Assembly (NCBI GenBank): GCA_032718475.1 | Contig: JAUCBJ010007485.1 | Location: forward strand, 1 to 64,000 | Direction: 5' to 3' | DNA length: 64,000 bases | DNA from: Nemertoderma westbladi | Taxonomy: Eukaryota; Animalia; Xenacoelomorpha | Shown: positions 1 to 12,084 of the stretch, in pieces | Position numbering within the stretch: position 1 is the stretch's first letter | Layout: each line of letters opens with the position of its first letter | Made by a program: the position numbers and the translations under genes | Notes under the pieces: generated by a model | Seen by the model: only the letters and a program-made list of their open reading frames with translations | What the model was told of the DNA's origin: nothing | Database searches by the model: none

Positions 1-2
1 AG

Positions 3-3000
3 CTGTGTTTGATACATGGCTTTCGCTGAAGAATTAGCCGTAAGGCGTCGATGGAGTTGCGCGATTCTTTTTTCCGCCAAAGGTCTGTTATTGATGAACT
101 TCGGTTCTTTCTTGCGGAAAGGTAAACCGACTTCATACCTACCTTGATCTTTGAGGAAACATGTAGTTGTCTCTTGGATCTGCTTGGCCCTTTCCTCTTC
201 CACCGACAAGGCTTTATCGTAGGAATTGGGCTCTACCGCCTCTTGCGTAAAGAATCGTACGGCATGTTCATCCCGAATCTTGGCATTATGACGCTCAATG
301 ACGTCATTTAACTCGTCGTTATAAGCTTCTCGTTCAGATGGATAGAGAAGTTGACATAAGTTCACTTGGTTTTGCCAAGCCTCGTTTTCTTTAAGGAGAT
401 CGATGGTATTCTCCTCATCAAAAAGCTGGTGAACATCGTCATTATCTGAGGAGTATGGAATTCCCTCAGTTGAATCGTCTCCCTCACTAGCATCATCTTC
501 CCATTCACTCACCTGGCAGACTCTCTCTTGCGGTAGTCTTTCTCTGAGTGTTCTACGGGAAGGGCCAGTAAAGTACCAACCTACTCTAGTTCTTACCGCA
601 TAGGTCTGTAGGGGCTGCGGTTGAGCAGGCCGTTTCTCTAACGTCTCCAGCGCCTCATGCGCGTTTTGGCCGATGAGTATTTGCACTCCAGGATAATCAG
701 TCTGAAATCGAGGTATGTTAAGATGTTGGATGCTCTCATCCTCGTCCCAATTATAAAGGTCTGCTTGAGTAGTAGCGAAGTTCTTTATAGCCACCATTTT
801 CACTGACCTTATGCTGTGTTCTCCTAGTTCGTCCTGGGGGGTGGACAACGCTCCTACATAATAATCAGCTGTTATTGTAGATTTCCAAACTTGCATAATG
901 CCTGACATGTTGAGCTTAGTTTGGAACTTGGGTTGTCCAGCAAATATATCTTCGGCTAGCTCTTTGTCGATGAATGTTCCTGTACTACCGGAGTCAAGGA
1001 GGGCGTTCACTACATAACTCCTCTCAAGTCCGTGAACCCTTACTTGCACCACAGGAAACTCTCGGATCCCTACATTGGAAGATGGCTCTTTCCAAGATGG
1101 TTGTCGCTCAGAAGTAGTTAGAGTAAAGTCATTCTCTGTATCTTTTTCATATGTGAGTGCTTGATACACTGCGGTATTTATCATGTAACAGGATTCGTTT
1201 TCGTCGGAGAACTCGTCTGTATAGAATCCTTCCATCTCAGATGGATCAGTGTCGTTCACATCACTGAATTGGACATGTAGCTCGGAATCACTCACCTGAT
1301 TCGGACTATTTCGATCGAATTCAGCGTGCAACAAGATATGATGTTTCGCACCACACTTTGCACACCTTATGTCAGAGAAACAGGTTCGCCGTTGGTGTCC
1401 TTGTCTGAGGCAATTATAACATAACCGCTTATCCCACATAACTTCGCGTCTCTCCGTTAATGATTTCTTTAGAAATTCATCACACCTATTCAAATAGTGG
1501 GTCCCGTCACACAGTGCACATTTTGGTTTGATGTTACTTACCTTATTCTGAGTCACATTGTGTACACTTGCCTTTTCTTCGGGCTTTCTCACCTGAATTC
1601 TCTTGGGAGACGTGGGAGGAGTTTTTCTTACTTGTTCTCTCCGGTCATTTGCTCGAGACTTGAATTTACTTACCTGATCTTTAGGCATTTTATTTACGTA
1701 ATAAGATCTATCCGTGTCCTTCCCGCTATCTTCTCCTTGAGAAGTCTGGCTTTCGCCGTCGTCTGTATAACATACTGGTGTTACCTTTCTCCTAGAGACG
1801 GGTTTTTCACTTTCCTTGTTTTCCGGTGTTTTCTCCCTAGACAGTTTCAGGAGATGTAATTTCACTTCTCCATCTAGGAATGACATGAGATCAGCCATGG
1901 TAGGGTCTCGCCGTTGTTGTTCCATCATATATAACACTTTCTTATCCCAGCGTGTACCTACTCCACCTTTCGGTAAAGTAGAAGCCACTGCTCTAATAAC
2001 CATAGTGTTCTGATACTCATGAGACTTACCTAGCCAATCCAATTGTCTGCAGATCTCCTGTATCTCATCGGAAAACTCGATAATTCCGCTACTAATAAAC
2101 TTTCGGGGCGCTACTAACTTTGCATACAAGTACCCAGCGATATTATTCCTATTACCATACCTGATGTTTAGTGTATCCCAAACTTGTCTTAATCCGTCTG
2201 GATGTCCAATAAACTTTAACGCCATTAACTTGGGAGATCCTTCCAAGCACTCGATGAGGTATCTAAGTTTTTCTCCATTAGATAGTACAGAGTTCTGTAT
2301 GTTATCTTTGTAATATTCATTAAAAGGTAACCATTTCATCTCATCTCCATTGAACTTGACGATCTCTCCAACCTTTACCGCTTGACAGGCTTCGGTTCTA
2401 GCCATTTGACGAGTAAAACTTTCTTGGGCCATCGTGCTATTTAATATCGAGTTATCGGTATATAAATTTCTCGGATTATGATCCGGTCTATAGGGAATAT
2501 CACTATCAACAGGTCTATAATTACCCCTAATAGGGTTCACTATAGGAGTTTCTACTTCGCTAGCAGTATAGATGCGTGTAGGCTCCACACCTTGCGCATG
2601 AGATACTTCAGACCTAACGGGTTGACACATTGTTACAGAGGGTGGTGGTATACCCTTTTTTAAGTTTACTAATTTATCGCGTTCTAACGCGATACTTTGC
2701 TGCACTTCTTGCAACTCTAACTTACTTTCCCTCACTGTTCCCTTTAAATGTTGGACAGTCCCTTCCAACTCTCGGACCTGTTGGGAAGAGCGTATCCGAT
2801 TCTCCTTCATCTCCCCTAGGAGAATATCCATCCCCCGCCGTCTCTCATCTACCCAATCAACCGCCGAAACGGGATCCGCCAACGTCGTAGCGGGCAGACG
2901 AGGGACAACGGGCGACAAATTTGGAATATTTCGCTCGGGGTCCAGGACCTGAACTGTCTCCTGGGCAGTTCTACGGGGCACAGGTAGCTTAGTGCTATGC

Positions 3001-4805
3001 AGAGGGAATTTATAGGTAGCTTCAGGGAGCACAGGTGTATCTATTACCGAAGGGGTGATTTCAAGAACAGGCCTACTTATTTCAGGCTCATCTACTATAG
3101 TAGGGAGTCTTTCTATTGTAATTATTTGGTCTGTGGGTTCTGTACTCTCTAAGTTGGTGTTATTTAGTTGCCTTCTAACAGCTGGAGGCAAATCAGGCAA
3201 TTTCTGACGGTGGAATGTTCTTTTACGTCTGCTTAGGCGGGATCGATTTCCTCTGCCTTCAGTGTCGGTGATATCGCCTTCCTCAGATGATGTATAACCT
3301 TGTCGTTTGGGAGTAGATCGATTCATCATCTGTATATTACTAGCTGTTAACTGTTTATTAAAGTTATCTTGCCTCTCTTGAAGATTTTCCAACTCTAGTT
3401 GGGTTGTCTCTTCAGATGCCCTCCGTTCTGCTTCTGCCACTGCTATCTTTCTTTCCGCTTCTGCTGCTGCCGCTTTCCTTTCCGCTTCTACGGCTGTAGC
3501 TGCCGCCTTTGCCTCTGCCGCTGCCGCTTTCCTTTCCGCTTCTACGGCTGCAGCTGCCGCTTTTGCCTCTGCCGCTGCCTCTGCTGCCTTTCTTTCCGCT
3601 TCTGCCGCTGCCACTGCCGCTGCTGCTGTCTTTCTATCTTCTATACGTTTTTTCCTTACTTGTTCTTCCTTTTCTCTAGCGATGCGGAGTTGTTCATCGA
3701 ATTTAGCTTGGTTCGCAGCTAACCTATCCACATCAATCGCATCTAACACAAGTTTGGCTCCTTCGCTATTAGGGCTAAGTCCCTCTAGCCTTCTCCTCAA
3801 CTCTTCATCTCCCAAAAAACGCTGATAGTCTGACAGATAGATATCAATGGCATCCTTCTTATGCGGTTTCTCTGCCGTCGCTTCACTTTCCACTTGGGAA
3901 AAAGTAGCGTCCGTCGATTCTCCATGTGTTGAGCGCTCCTCCAACTGAGCTTTCCACTGAGCTGCTCCTTGAACCTGGCGTCTTACCCTTTGAAGCCAAG
4001 TCTTTACGGCAACTTGCAACGACGTGTCTTGTCTTCTTTTAGAAGCCTCCTCAAAGGCGGATAAGATTAGCCTAATTCGCAGAACTCTTTCTCTAACTTG
4101 ATAAAGCAGCTGTCCCTGCTCTTGAGGTCCTTGAGGTTGTTTAAACAGTTGTCTTTCTACTCGCTCCATAGAGCTGAAGAATCCCTGTGCGTATCCGGCT
4201 GCGGACCTCTTCCATACAGCTGGATCGATGGTTTCCTTGGCTACTCCCATCCGGTGTATGTCTTCCCAGGCAGCTTCTGATAAATCAAACGGGAGTCCGG
4301 GTCCGGGGAAGTTCCATTGCGACTCGACAATAGACTTCAATTCTTCCCTCGTGTACCCCGCATAACTATCTCTAGTTGATCGTTGACTCCTCGCCCAATC
4401 GATCTGGTGTTCTTCCACCGCGATCAATAACCTAGTGAGTACGGCTGCAGGAAGGATGAGAAGGGGATCCGTATAAACAGCATCCGTCATCTCTGCTCCG
4501 CGCTCGGGTGTCAGCTCTACAGTATCCTCACTACTGGAGCTGCTGGGCCGCTGAGGAATAAGTTCTTGACTCGCGGGTTGTTGCTGTTCCGCTGCTTCTT
4601 GGTCCCGCTTGACCTGAGCTCGAGTGGCTATGATAGACCTACGATGTTGGACTAGCCCAGGTTCTGTTATTACTACTGGAGGGATGACCTTCCTCACAGT
4701 GGGAGGTGAACTGAATTTACGACCAGACGGTTGTACGTCTCTATCTGAGTCGCAGATAGTTACATCTAATATACTGTCTGACAGGTTCTGCTTAGTATCA
4801 GACAT
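3..4805 (-). CDS. BEL/Pao Gag-Pol polyprotein, N-terminal ~1600 aa (Gag capsid DUF1759-like, triple Cys/His knuckle, aspartic protease); open off the left edge
   Basis: Hand translation from ATG 4805 gave: VKFNGDEMKWLPF...EKLRYLIECLEG (~2240-2370); CALCDGTHYLNRC...LCYNCLRQGHQRRTC...CAKCGAKHHILLH (~1325-1520); protease NALLDSGSTGTFID (~965-1007); and the pre-RT GRYEVGLPF..NNRPLAEKR (~65-145). The protease is in frame with the ATG, and the ORF track lists no closed minus-strand ORF here, which is consistent with a frame open to the edge. Confidence 0.9.
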   Translation of the reverse strand, partial: MSDTKQNLSDSILDVTICDSDRDVQPSGRKFSSPPTVRKVIPPVVITEPGLVQHRRSIIATRAQVKRDQEAAEQQQPASQELIPQRPSSSSSEDTVELTPERGAEMTDAVYTDPLLILPAAVLTRLLIAVEEHQIDWARSQRSTRDSYAGYTREELKSIVESQWNFPGPGLPFDLSEAAWEDIHRMGVAKETIDPAVWKRSAAGYAQGFFSSMERVERQLFKQPQGPQEQGQLLYQVRERVLRIRLILSAFEEASKRRQDTSLQVAVKTWLQRVRRQVQGAAQWKAQLEERSTHGESTDATFSQVESEATAEKPHKKDAIDIYLSDYQRFLGDEELRRRLEGLSPNSEGAKLVLDAIDVDRLAANQAKFDEQLRIAREKEEQVRKKRIEDRKTAAAAVAAAEAERKAAEAAAEAKAAAAAVEAERKAAAAEAKAAATAVEAERKAAAAEAERKIAVAEAERRASEETTQLELENLQERQDNFNKQLTASNIQMMNRSTPKRQGYTSSEEGDITDTEGRGNRSRLSRRKRTFHRQKLPDLPPAVRRQLNNTNLESTEPTDQIITIERLPTIVDEPEISRPVLEITPSVIDTPVLPEATYKFPLHSTKLPVPRRTAQETVQVLDPERNIPNLSPVVPRLPATTLADPVSAVDWVDERRRGMDILLGEMKENRIRSSQQVRELEGTVQHLKGTVRESKLELQEVQQSIALERDKLVNLKKGIPPPSVTMCQPVRSEVSHAQGVEPTRIYTASEVETPIVNPIRGNYRPVDSDIPYRPDHNPRNLYTDNSILNSTMAQESFTRQMARTEACQAVKVGEIVKFNGDEMKWLPFNEYYKDNIQNSVLSNGEKLRYLIECLEGSPKLMALKFIGHPDGLRQVWDTLNIRYGNRNNIAGYLYAKLVAPRKFISSGIIEFSDEIQEICRQLDWLGKSHEYQNTMVIRAVASTLPKGGVGTRWDKKVLYMMEQQRRDPTMADLMSFLDGEVKLHLLKLSREKTPENKESEKPVSRRKVTPVCYTDDGESQTSQGEDSGKDTDRSYYVNKMPKDQVSKFKSRANDRREQVRKTPPTSPKRIQVRKPEEKASVHNVTQNKVSNIKPKCALCDGTHYLNRCDEFLKKSLTERREVMWDKRLCYNCLRQGHQRRTCFSDIRCAKCGAKHHILLHAEFDRNSPNQVSDSELHVQFSDVNDTDPSEMEGFYTDEFSDENESCYMINTAVYQALTYEKDTENDFTLTTSERQPSWKEPSSNVGIREFPVVQVRVHGLERSYVVNALLDSGSTGTFIDKELAEDIFAGQPKFQTKLNMSGIMQVWKSTITADYYVGALSTPQDELGEHSIRSVKMVAIKNFATTQADLYNWDEDESIQHLNIPRFQTDYPGVQILIGQNAHEALETLEKRPAQPQPLQTYAVRTRVGWYFTGPSRRTLRERLPQERVCQVSEWEDDASEGDDSTEGIPYSSDNDDVHQLFDEENTIDLLKENEAWQNQVNLCQLLYPSEREAYNDELNDVIERHNAKIRDEHAVRFFTQEAVEPNSYDKALSVEEERAKQIQETTTCFLKDQGRYEVGLPFRKKEPKFINNRPLAEKRIAQLHRRLTANSSAKAMYQTQ

Positions 4806-6129
4806 GACTATGTATACTGTTGAATGTCTACTGCTGTATTACAGTCTGAGCAAGTCTAGTAACTCAGTATTAACTGCTAGCCTAATAATTAATTACCGGT
4901 ACTGCTACTCAGTGTAGCGTGATATATATAATATATTATAATACCGGTATACTTATAGTATATATAACTATATAAGTATTATTACAGACTAGGTTTATCA
5001 CAGAATACCGGTATAATTTTAGCACAAGTATATATAAATATATAATAGGCCTATCGGGAATACCGGTATACAGCTTACAGTTTATAGTATATATAATTCT
5101 GGACTAGAATTAATTACAAGTACCGGTATAATGTAAGCCTAAAATTTACAGAAATAAAGATAATAGGCCTATCGTAAATACTGGTATATCAATTATTTTA
5201 GAATAATTGAATTTCTGAATTTTAGGGTTACTTGGTTACTTTAACTTACTTTATTACCGTTATTTAAGCAGTAGTCCAACTGATATTGAGACCTAATTGT
5301 TATATGGTAGGCCTACTATTTATAAATCGTTAGATTTGATTTATAATATATATATACCCGTTTTAATGGGTTTAGTCAATTTTTGAAATAAATGTTATTA
5401 TTTCTGGGGGTAATCACTACACAAAGCGGTATGCTTTCAGTGAAGTGTTACGTATAAGACACTAAAACAAATAATTCTAATTTACCTAAGTTACTTAATA
5501 CTACAAATTACGTACAATTCGGGTGAGATTACAATCTCTAAATAAACACAAAAATTTACAAAAAACACAAAATACGAATTTTTAGGGTAATTTTACAAGA
5601 AGTCTACAAACCAGCCTAACAAAGGGTTAGAATTCTGATTATTACAACGGACAGGGTACTACGGTATTTGAAATAATAAGTAGTAGTAAATACACTGCGT
5701 TGTCCAGATAGAAAAATACCACCGCCTGACGACCTATAGCCGTATCGCTATAGGTTCTACGTTATGTATCACGGAGTGTTCCTACCTAGAAGTTAATAGA
5801 GCTAATCGAACGTGCCTATTAACCACTTTACAACACAAATATAATGCCTACACTAATTACTTCGGAAAGTACTGTACACTAAACCCTAAATTAGGTACGA
5901 GTACTTGTACAACAGATAATCAGCAGTTAAATATACTTGAACAGCTAAAAGAACCACGGCATCTGCTGGAGTGACCGATGCACAAAATCACCAGTCTTTA
6001 CCTACGCCAAGCAGCCCGTGTAGTACCGGGGTTAATTTAACTATAGCGGTATGTATAACAAACACAATTACTGTAGGAACAAACTTGGGGAATGAATGTT
6101 GCGGATAATCGCATAAACTCTGAATAATA

Positions 6130-6660
6130 AATATTACGCTACGCGTACAAACTACTCAAACAAAATGCAGACCGAACACTGACAGACTACTATCAAGCCT
6201 AAACAAACTACAGGACATGCAGACTCCGAAATGATTAGGGAGTATGCGTTCTAACCCAGTAGTACGACTTATTCTTTAGTTGGGGGTTTACCTTACAGCG
6301 TTCGCTGCCCCTACTTCCTAACCGTACTTAATCGGACAAGTGATCTACACACGCTGCAATCCACTCAGGCCTAACAACAGCCAGACAACTATCCAGCCTA
6401 CAAATTATCTAAATAAAATTATACGCTACCCGTACAGACTTTCACAAACAAAGTACAGACTAAACGATGGCAGACTACTCTCAAGCCTAAATAAACTACA
6501 GGACATGCAGACTCCGAAATGATTAGGGAGTATGCGTTCTAACCCAGTAGTACGACTTATTCTTTAGTTGGGGGTTTACCTTACAGCGTTCACTGCCCCT
6601 ACTTCCTAACCGTACTTAATCGGACAGGTGATCTACACACACTGCAATTCGTTCGGACTT
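6130..6660. repeat. Direct duplication (period ~288 bp) in the BEL leader
   Basis: caggacatgcagactccgaaatgattagggagtatgcgttctaacccag...gatctacac occurs at ~6211-6350 and ~6499-6638. Confidence 0.9.
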
Positions 6661-8281
6661 AACAGCAATCAGACAACAGCTCAGCCTACAAATCGTCTGT
6701 ACAATCTGATCAGGCTTACACGCCTTCTGTTCAATACTGGCCTACAAATAAATAAAACTTGACAGAAATAAGTAAACCATATAAAGGAATAAGGGGTGAT
6801 CAATCCCTAATCCCTCAAACAGCCTACCGGTATACAACAATCAAATCGAATAATACTAGTGTACTTATACGGAAGTACCGGTTAGGACAGCTAGGCCTAC
6901 GGACCTACAGAAGTACCGGTTCTGGCAGTTGGACCTACGGACCTACGGCAGTACCGGTTCTAGCGGTTGGGCCTACTGACCTACAGATGTACCGGTTCAG
7001 GTTTACCGGTTGACCGGTACTTTCAACTTTATTGCTTACTGCAACAAAGAAGCTATATATCCTTTAATGTTCGCGCTTTCAGACCTTTGGCAGTTTAACC
7101 CGCCAAATTAAGATGTCTTCTAGATATTAAATCGCTTTTTAGCCTATGACAAGTATTTGATTCACTACACTAGTCGAAACCAATCTGTGCGCGACCATTC
7201 ACCCGCTGGATATTCCCGGGAGATTGGGTTCGACGGTTTAATTTTATTGCTATGTAAGCCTAATGTATTATTCGACTGACAGTATTATATAATCTCTGAC
7301 AATATTATTCACCTTCGGGAATATTAACAGTTCCTTTAGGACGTGGCGCTTTATCTATATAAACAGAGTTATGACTTAAACTACTCACAACGATATGGCT
7401 TAATTATAATTCACATATATGGCGCATTCTTTAGGAATTGCTTCTTTAACAGACTCACTCATACACAATGCTGCACAATACTGCACACTAATCTGCCAAT
7501 CTTCACTGATTTTAGTCACATATAAAAGGAACACAGACTGACTCATGTAGGGTCTATCAAATAACATTAGATTCAATTCAAACCACTTTAACATAAGTCA
7601 CAATCGTTATTGGTAACCTTTCTCTCTTACCTTCGGTATATCAAGAATATTGGGTTTCGGGGTTATTTCTCGTTATTCCAATATAATAATTCATCAACCA
7701 ATATAATGAATAACCAACAACAAATAGCAGTATACAGTATCGATTGAGCAGGTAAATTTTAGCAGTTTCAGCAGTTATTAAAAGCCGTGTGTCAGCAGGT
7801 ATTATGCAGCAGTGATTACTGCAGCAGTTAAAGGATATATGTCCTTATAATTAAACCTACTAGTGTTGAGCTAAAAAGCAGAAAGCACAAAACACTAAAA
7901 GCCGTTCTTTCGTGGCTTTGAAAAACTCGTGACTACTGCTCTATACGAGGATACCAACTACCCTTATTCCACGAAGCTCCCGTTCAACACAGAGAAAGAG
8001 CAGTGAGATAGGAAAATTTCAGTTCAGTAGCTCTGTGATAGGTCAAAATCAAGGCTAACTCAAATTCTATTGGGAGATACAAAAACAAGGCTATGACGCA
8101 ACCTCCCTAGGCTTGTTGGCCGATTAAACAGAGCCCAGATGCCTGCGTACAGCAAATCAGCCAATAAGCTGGTAACTTGCACTAATTTTAGCTATAGATC
8201 ACTTTGAGAGTATTCTTAGCGACTGGGGGGGAACTGGCCAACAAGGCAAACGAATCAGTTATCCCACAAAAGCTTTTACAC

Positions 8282-8848
8282 CTTTACATTTTTTTAATAA
8301 GCGTTTTAAAAAAGTGTCTTTTGCGAAATTGCACTTCTCCTATCATCGCCATTCTTCACATTAACCTCGCTTTATAGATATTATTAAAAAGCTTGCGTTC
8401 CAAGTATTCCAAATATGTAACAATATCTGAATTTCGTTGAGAAACAGCTGAGATATAGGCGTTCAAAGATTGCAAGAATTATTGTTCACTGCAGGCCATT
8501 TATTCTATTTAATAAAATACACAATGTTCTGGAACAATTAGTTTATGTATGAATAGCTACGCAATATATACAGTAGATATTGTATAGGCATACCGCTGTT
8601 ACCTACCAACTCATAAAATAAATAACACGTTCTAGAATTTTGTGTATTTATTAAATAGAATAAATGGCTTGCAGCGAACGATAATTCTTGCAATCTTTGA
8701 ATGCCTATATCTCAGCTATTTCTCAACGAAATATATTAATTATGAATTATATAATTGATTACGACTAATGTGGAGAATGGCAATGATACGGATGGTGCGA
8801 TTTTGCAAAAGACCATTTTTTTAAAACGCTTATAAAAAAAATTTAAAG
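8282..8848. mobile_element. Palindromic (fold-back) MITE-like element
   Basis: Long inverted arms, e.g. tttcgttgagaaacagctgagatataggcgttcaaagattgcaagaattat vs ataattcttgcaatctttgaatgcctatatctcagctatttctcaacgaaa, and aataagcgttttaaaaaa vs ttttttaaaacgcttata. Confidence 0.7.
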
Positions 8849-9311
8849 TTGAACCAGTTGTGTTTCAAATTTCAAGCAATATGATTAAGATTTGTAGAAA
8901 AATTTGGGGGGGGGGGGTCCGTGTCATCAGAAAATGACACTATATTACGGTTCATGGTGTACTGGCTATCTATACTAGCTATATGCCTACATTGTGTGTC
9001 AAGGTAATATTCCGAAACGTTAATCAAATACCGGTAATCAATTATAAAGTTAGATAAACTAGCTATTGGAGCAAAATAGAAACATTTTAATGCTAAATTT
9101 ATTAATTATTACCAACGAATTACTGATGTAGAATAAATAATTAGAAATCAACAAAATAAAATTAGAGATCGTTGTTTGGTTATATATTTTATTATCCGAA
9201 CTTTTGTATGTTTGATCCTAGATCTTAGGACTCCTAGAACATAGTAAATATGCTATGTAATAGAAGTCCTTGGTTTGATTGGGTAATTTCTTTATTGTCC
9301 GCAAATCCAAT

Positions 9312-10320
9312 TGCGAACGATAAAGTCTTTATTATCCGAACTTTTGAGAACAATAAAGTCGTTATTGTCCGAACTTTTGCGAACAATAAAGTCTTTATTG
9401 TCCGAACTTTTGCGAACAATAAAGTCTTTATTGTCCGAACTTTTGCGAACAATAAAGTCTTTATTGTCCGAACTTTTGCGAACGATAAAGTCTTTATTGT
9501 CCGAACTTTTGCGAACGATAAAGTCTTTATTGTCCGAACGTTTGCGAACGATAAAGTCTTTATTGTCCGAACTTTTGCGACCGATAAAGTCTTTATTGTC
9601 CGAACTTTTGCGAACGATAAAGTCTTTTTGTCCGAACTTTTGCGACCGATAAAGACTTTATTGTCCGAACTTTTGCGACCGATAAAGTCTTTATTGTCCG
9701 AACTTTTGCGAACGAGATAAGATAAGATAAGATACTTTCTTTTTTAACGGCATTAAAAATTGGAACGCTCTGCTTAATGAAATTAAAAACCTAGATAATC
9801 AACATTCTTTTAAATCTGCAGTTAAATCTCACCTCCGTGTGCAATGTAAAAATAGGTACAATAGTCCTACAGTAAGTTATTAGTTTATTAATTATTTACT
9901 ATTTATACTGTAATTACGTTTTATAATAAATTGTTCTGTACATTACATCTTTATCGTTGAGTCGGACATTGTCACGCTCTCGGTAAAGTTGTACATGTAC
10001 ATAGTGTAATTACGTTTTATATTGGTTTTAGGTTAGCGTAGTGTAATATTGTATTTGTAACCAAGTAACATAAAGGACCCCCTTGGAAATAAGCTGCAAA
10101 GCTTTAGGGGTAATCCTATATGTTATGTTGGACAATACCTTTATACCGGTACATTGTTTGGTGTATTTGTTATTGTTTTTACATAATGTATAAATAAATC
10201 TATCTATCTATAACGATAAAGTCTTTATTGTCCGAACTTTTGCGAACGATAAAGTCTTTATTGTCCGAACTTTTGCGAACAATAAAGTCTTTATTGTACG
10301 AACTTTTGCGAACGATAAAG
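9312..10320. repeat. 33-bp minisatellite (aacgataaagtctttattgtccgaacttttgcg), split by a LINE fragment
   Basis: About 12 copies at 9312-9715 and about 3 copies at 10212-10320. Confidence 0.95.
9734..10211 (+). mobile_element. 5'-truncated CR1/L2-group LINE 3' end
   Basis: Encodes TFFFNGIKNWNALLNEIKNLDNQHSFKSAVKSHL, typical of a CR1/L2 ORF2 C-terminus. It has a 3' UTR hairpin region (ggacccccttggaaataagc...ggggtaatcc) and an (ATCT)n tail, and aacga is duplicated on both sides (9711-9715, 10212-10216). Confidence 0.8.
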
Positions 10321-11233
10321 GGGATATTTTAAAATATCAACTCCACGATGAACCTAAACTAATCCATTTGGGTTTCACTTTTTAATTAATCGGGTTTCCG
10401 AATTTAATCTCAGGTTTTATGATCAGGTTATATAATGCCAATGGGAATGAGTTTTCTTGGAGCGACATTTACTTTCAAGGTAATCGGACTAGATTTCGGA
10501 TTAGCTGCAGTTTGACTTTGAATAAAATATATTTTTTTGACTTTAACTTATACAATAGGCCCCTACTATATGAACATTATGTGTCTGTTTATATCTAAAT
10601 CTGATGATCAGCCTCAAATTAAATATATTACAGGGGTTTCCAAGCTCACTTACATCAGACTCATCAGAATGTATGCTTTTTATCATTAGTCAATGCAACA
10701 TTGTCTTGTTAAAAAATATATTCATAATATTAATTTCTCCCTTTTTTATTATAAGATTGGTGACTGGGATATAAGTTAATTAACTTTATATGTTTGTTTA
10801 ATAGACTCGTCTTAATTGGTCCCGGTATTATCTTGAATTATAAATTCTTATTTATATACAAACCATAAGAAATTTATCGCAGAGTGATTAATAATTTTTA
10901 GTTAACTCAGATTATTTTTTCAATATAGTTTATCATTTGAGTGACAATTTCCATATTGAATGCGCCGCATTTAATATTAAGAGATCAATGAAGAACAATA
11001 AGGTTCTAGTGAGCTTCTAGAAGCCGCCGTCATTATTGTGCTGACGGCGAGGGATTAAATTCGTATTGAATTAAAAATTAATAATTTTAGGCCCGGTGGG
11101 GAATCATTAGCATCACAGCTGTGCCACTCTTGTGCCACTCTCTTTGCCACTCTCTGTACTTTATTGCAATGAAATCATTTGTAAATAAATGAGGCAAATA
11201 AAATAAATTATCACAGCAGAATTAATCCGAATA

Positions 11234-11356
11234 ATGTAAGCAGAAACGCAAGCATCTGTAAGCAGAAACGCAAGTATCTGTAAGCAGAAACGCAAGCATC
11301 TGTAAGCAGAAACGCAAGTATCTGTAAACAGAAACGCAAGTATCTGTAAGCAGAAA
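11234..11356. repeat. 22-bp tandem repeat (tgtaagcagaaacgcaag(c/t)atc)
   Basis: About 5.5 copies visible. Confidence 0.9.
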
Positions 11357-11916
11357 TAACTTTCAATTCAGTGAGTATCAACTGATAGGAGTAATAATAT
11401 TGACAATCATTTTCTTGAATCTGAAAAATAGCTTTCTCTCTCACTAAAATTCGCAGTGACAGAAAGGCATTATATTAACTTTACAAATACAAAGTCGTTT
11501 TTTTTTAATCACTCATTAATGGGTAGTTGTGGAAGAGATTCATTTTAGTAAATAAAATATATAAAATAACTATACTTATTATTTGAAGCTAGAATATCAT
11601 ACTAATTTGCTCACATCTTACTGGCTGACATCTTACTCGCGTTGTTAAACCCAATAAATTGATATAATTTATATTGATTTTGCCGAGGCCATCAACTCGT
11701 TTGTACATTCTAAGCTTAATGTAACTTAATCTGGTTACGACGCAACGCTGGTAACTTCTGATAACGTAGTTCGCAGAATTTCTGTCGAATGTAATTATGT
11801 AGTAAATTACTTATTTATAGTAAGTAATGGATGGAGCTTCGTGTTACACTACTTATAGGAACCACATACAAACATAGTATGTTACCCACCTAATTAATTT
11901 ATTGATGTCCTTACAG

Positions 11917-12084
11917 TGCGTTATTACTTATTATGTTTCCATACAGGCATTCCGGGGAGGCGACTGGGCCTGCCGACTCATGAAGTACGTCACAATGCAA
12001 GGTCTCTATCTAACATCATTCCTTATCGTAAGTCTCGCCATAGATCGGGCCGTCGCGATTTGCACACCTTTTAACACATCTCAT
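11917..12084 (+). CDS. GnRH/corazonin/vasopressin-superfamily GPCR, exon encoding ECL1-TM3-DRY region
   Basis: ccttacag| CVITYYVSIQAFRGGDWACRLMKYVTMQGLYLTSFLIVSLAIDRAVAICTPFNTSH |gtgagt. An alternative in-frame acceptor exists at 11947. Confidence 0.85.

Larger units (their letters stand above)
1..8280 (-). mobile_element. BEL/Pao LTR retrotransposon, 5' part (5' LTR, long leader, gag-protease); runs off the left edge
   Basis: The minus strand begins TGTAAAAGCTTTTG at 8280, and the second copy begins with the near-identical TGTAAAGGCTTTTG at 61022. There is a minus-strand AATAAA near 7243-7248. The inner LTR boundary is not resolved. It is followed by a Gag-Pol frame with BEL-type motifs. 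Confidence 0.9.

Noticed and set aside
1497-4917. Short plus-strand ORFs (and the minus-strand ORFs at 63062-63922)
   Set aside because: They are antisense shadows of the BEL Gag frames.
5725-5762. Hammerhead-like CTGACGA followed by a perfect stem (cctatagc/gctatagg)
   Set aside because: The required GAAA after stem II is absent (ttctac), and no stems I/III are evident.
10610-10650. Minus-strand CTGATGA...GAAAC resembling a Penelope-type hammerhead
   Set aside because: Stem II does not pair convincingly, and no flanking stems or Penelope sequence were seen.
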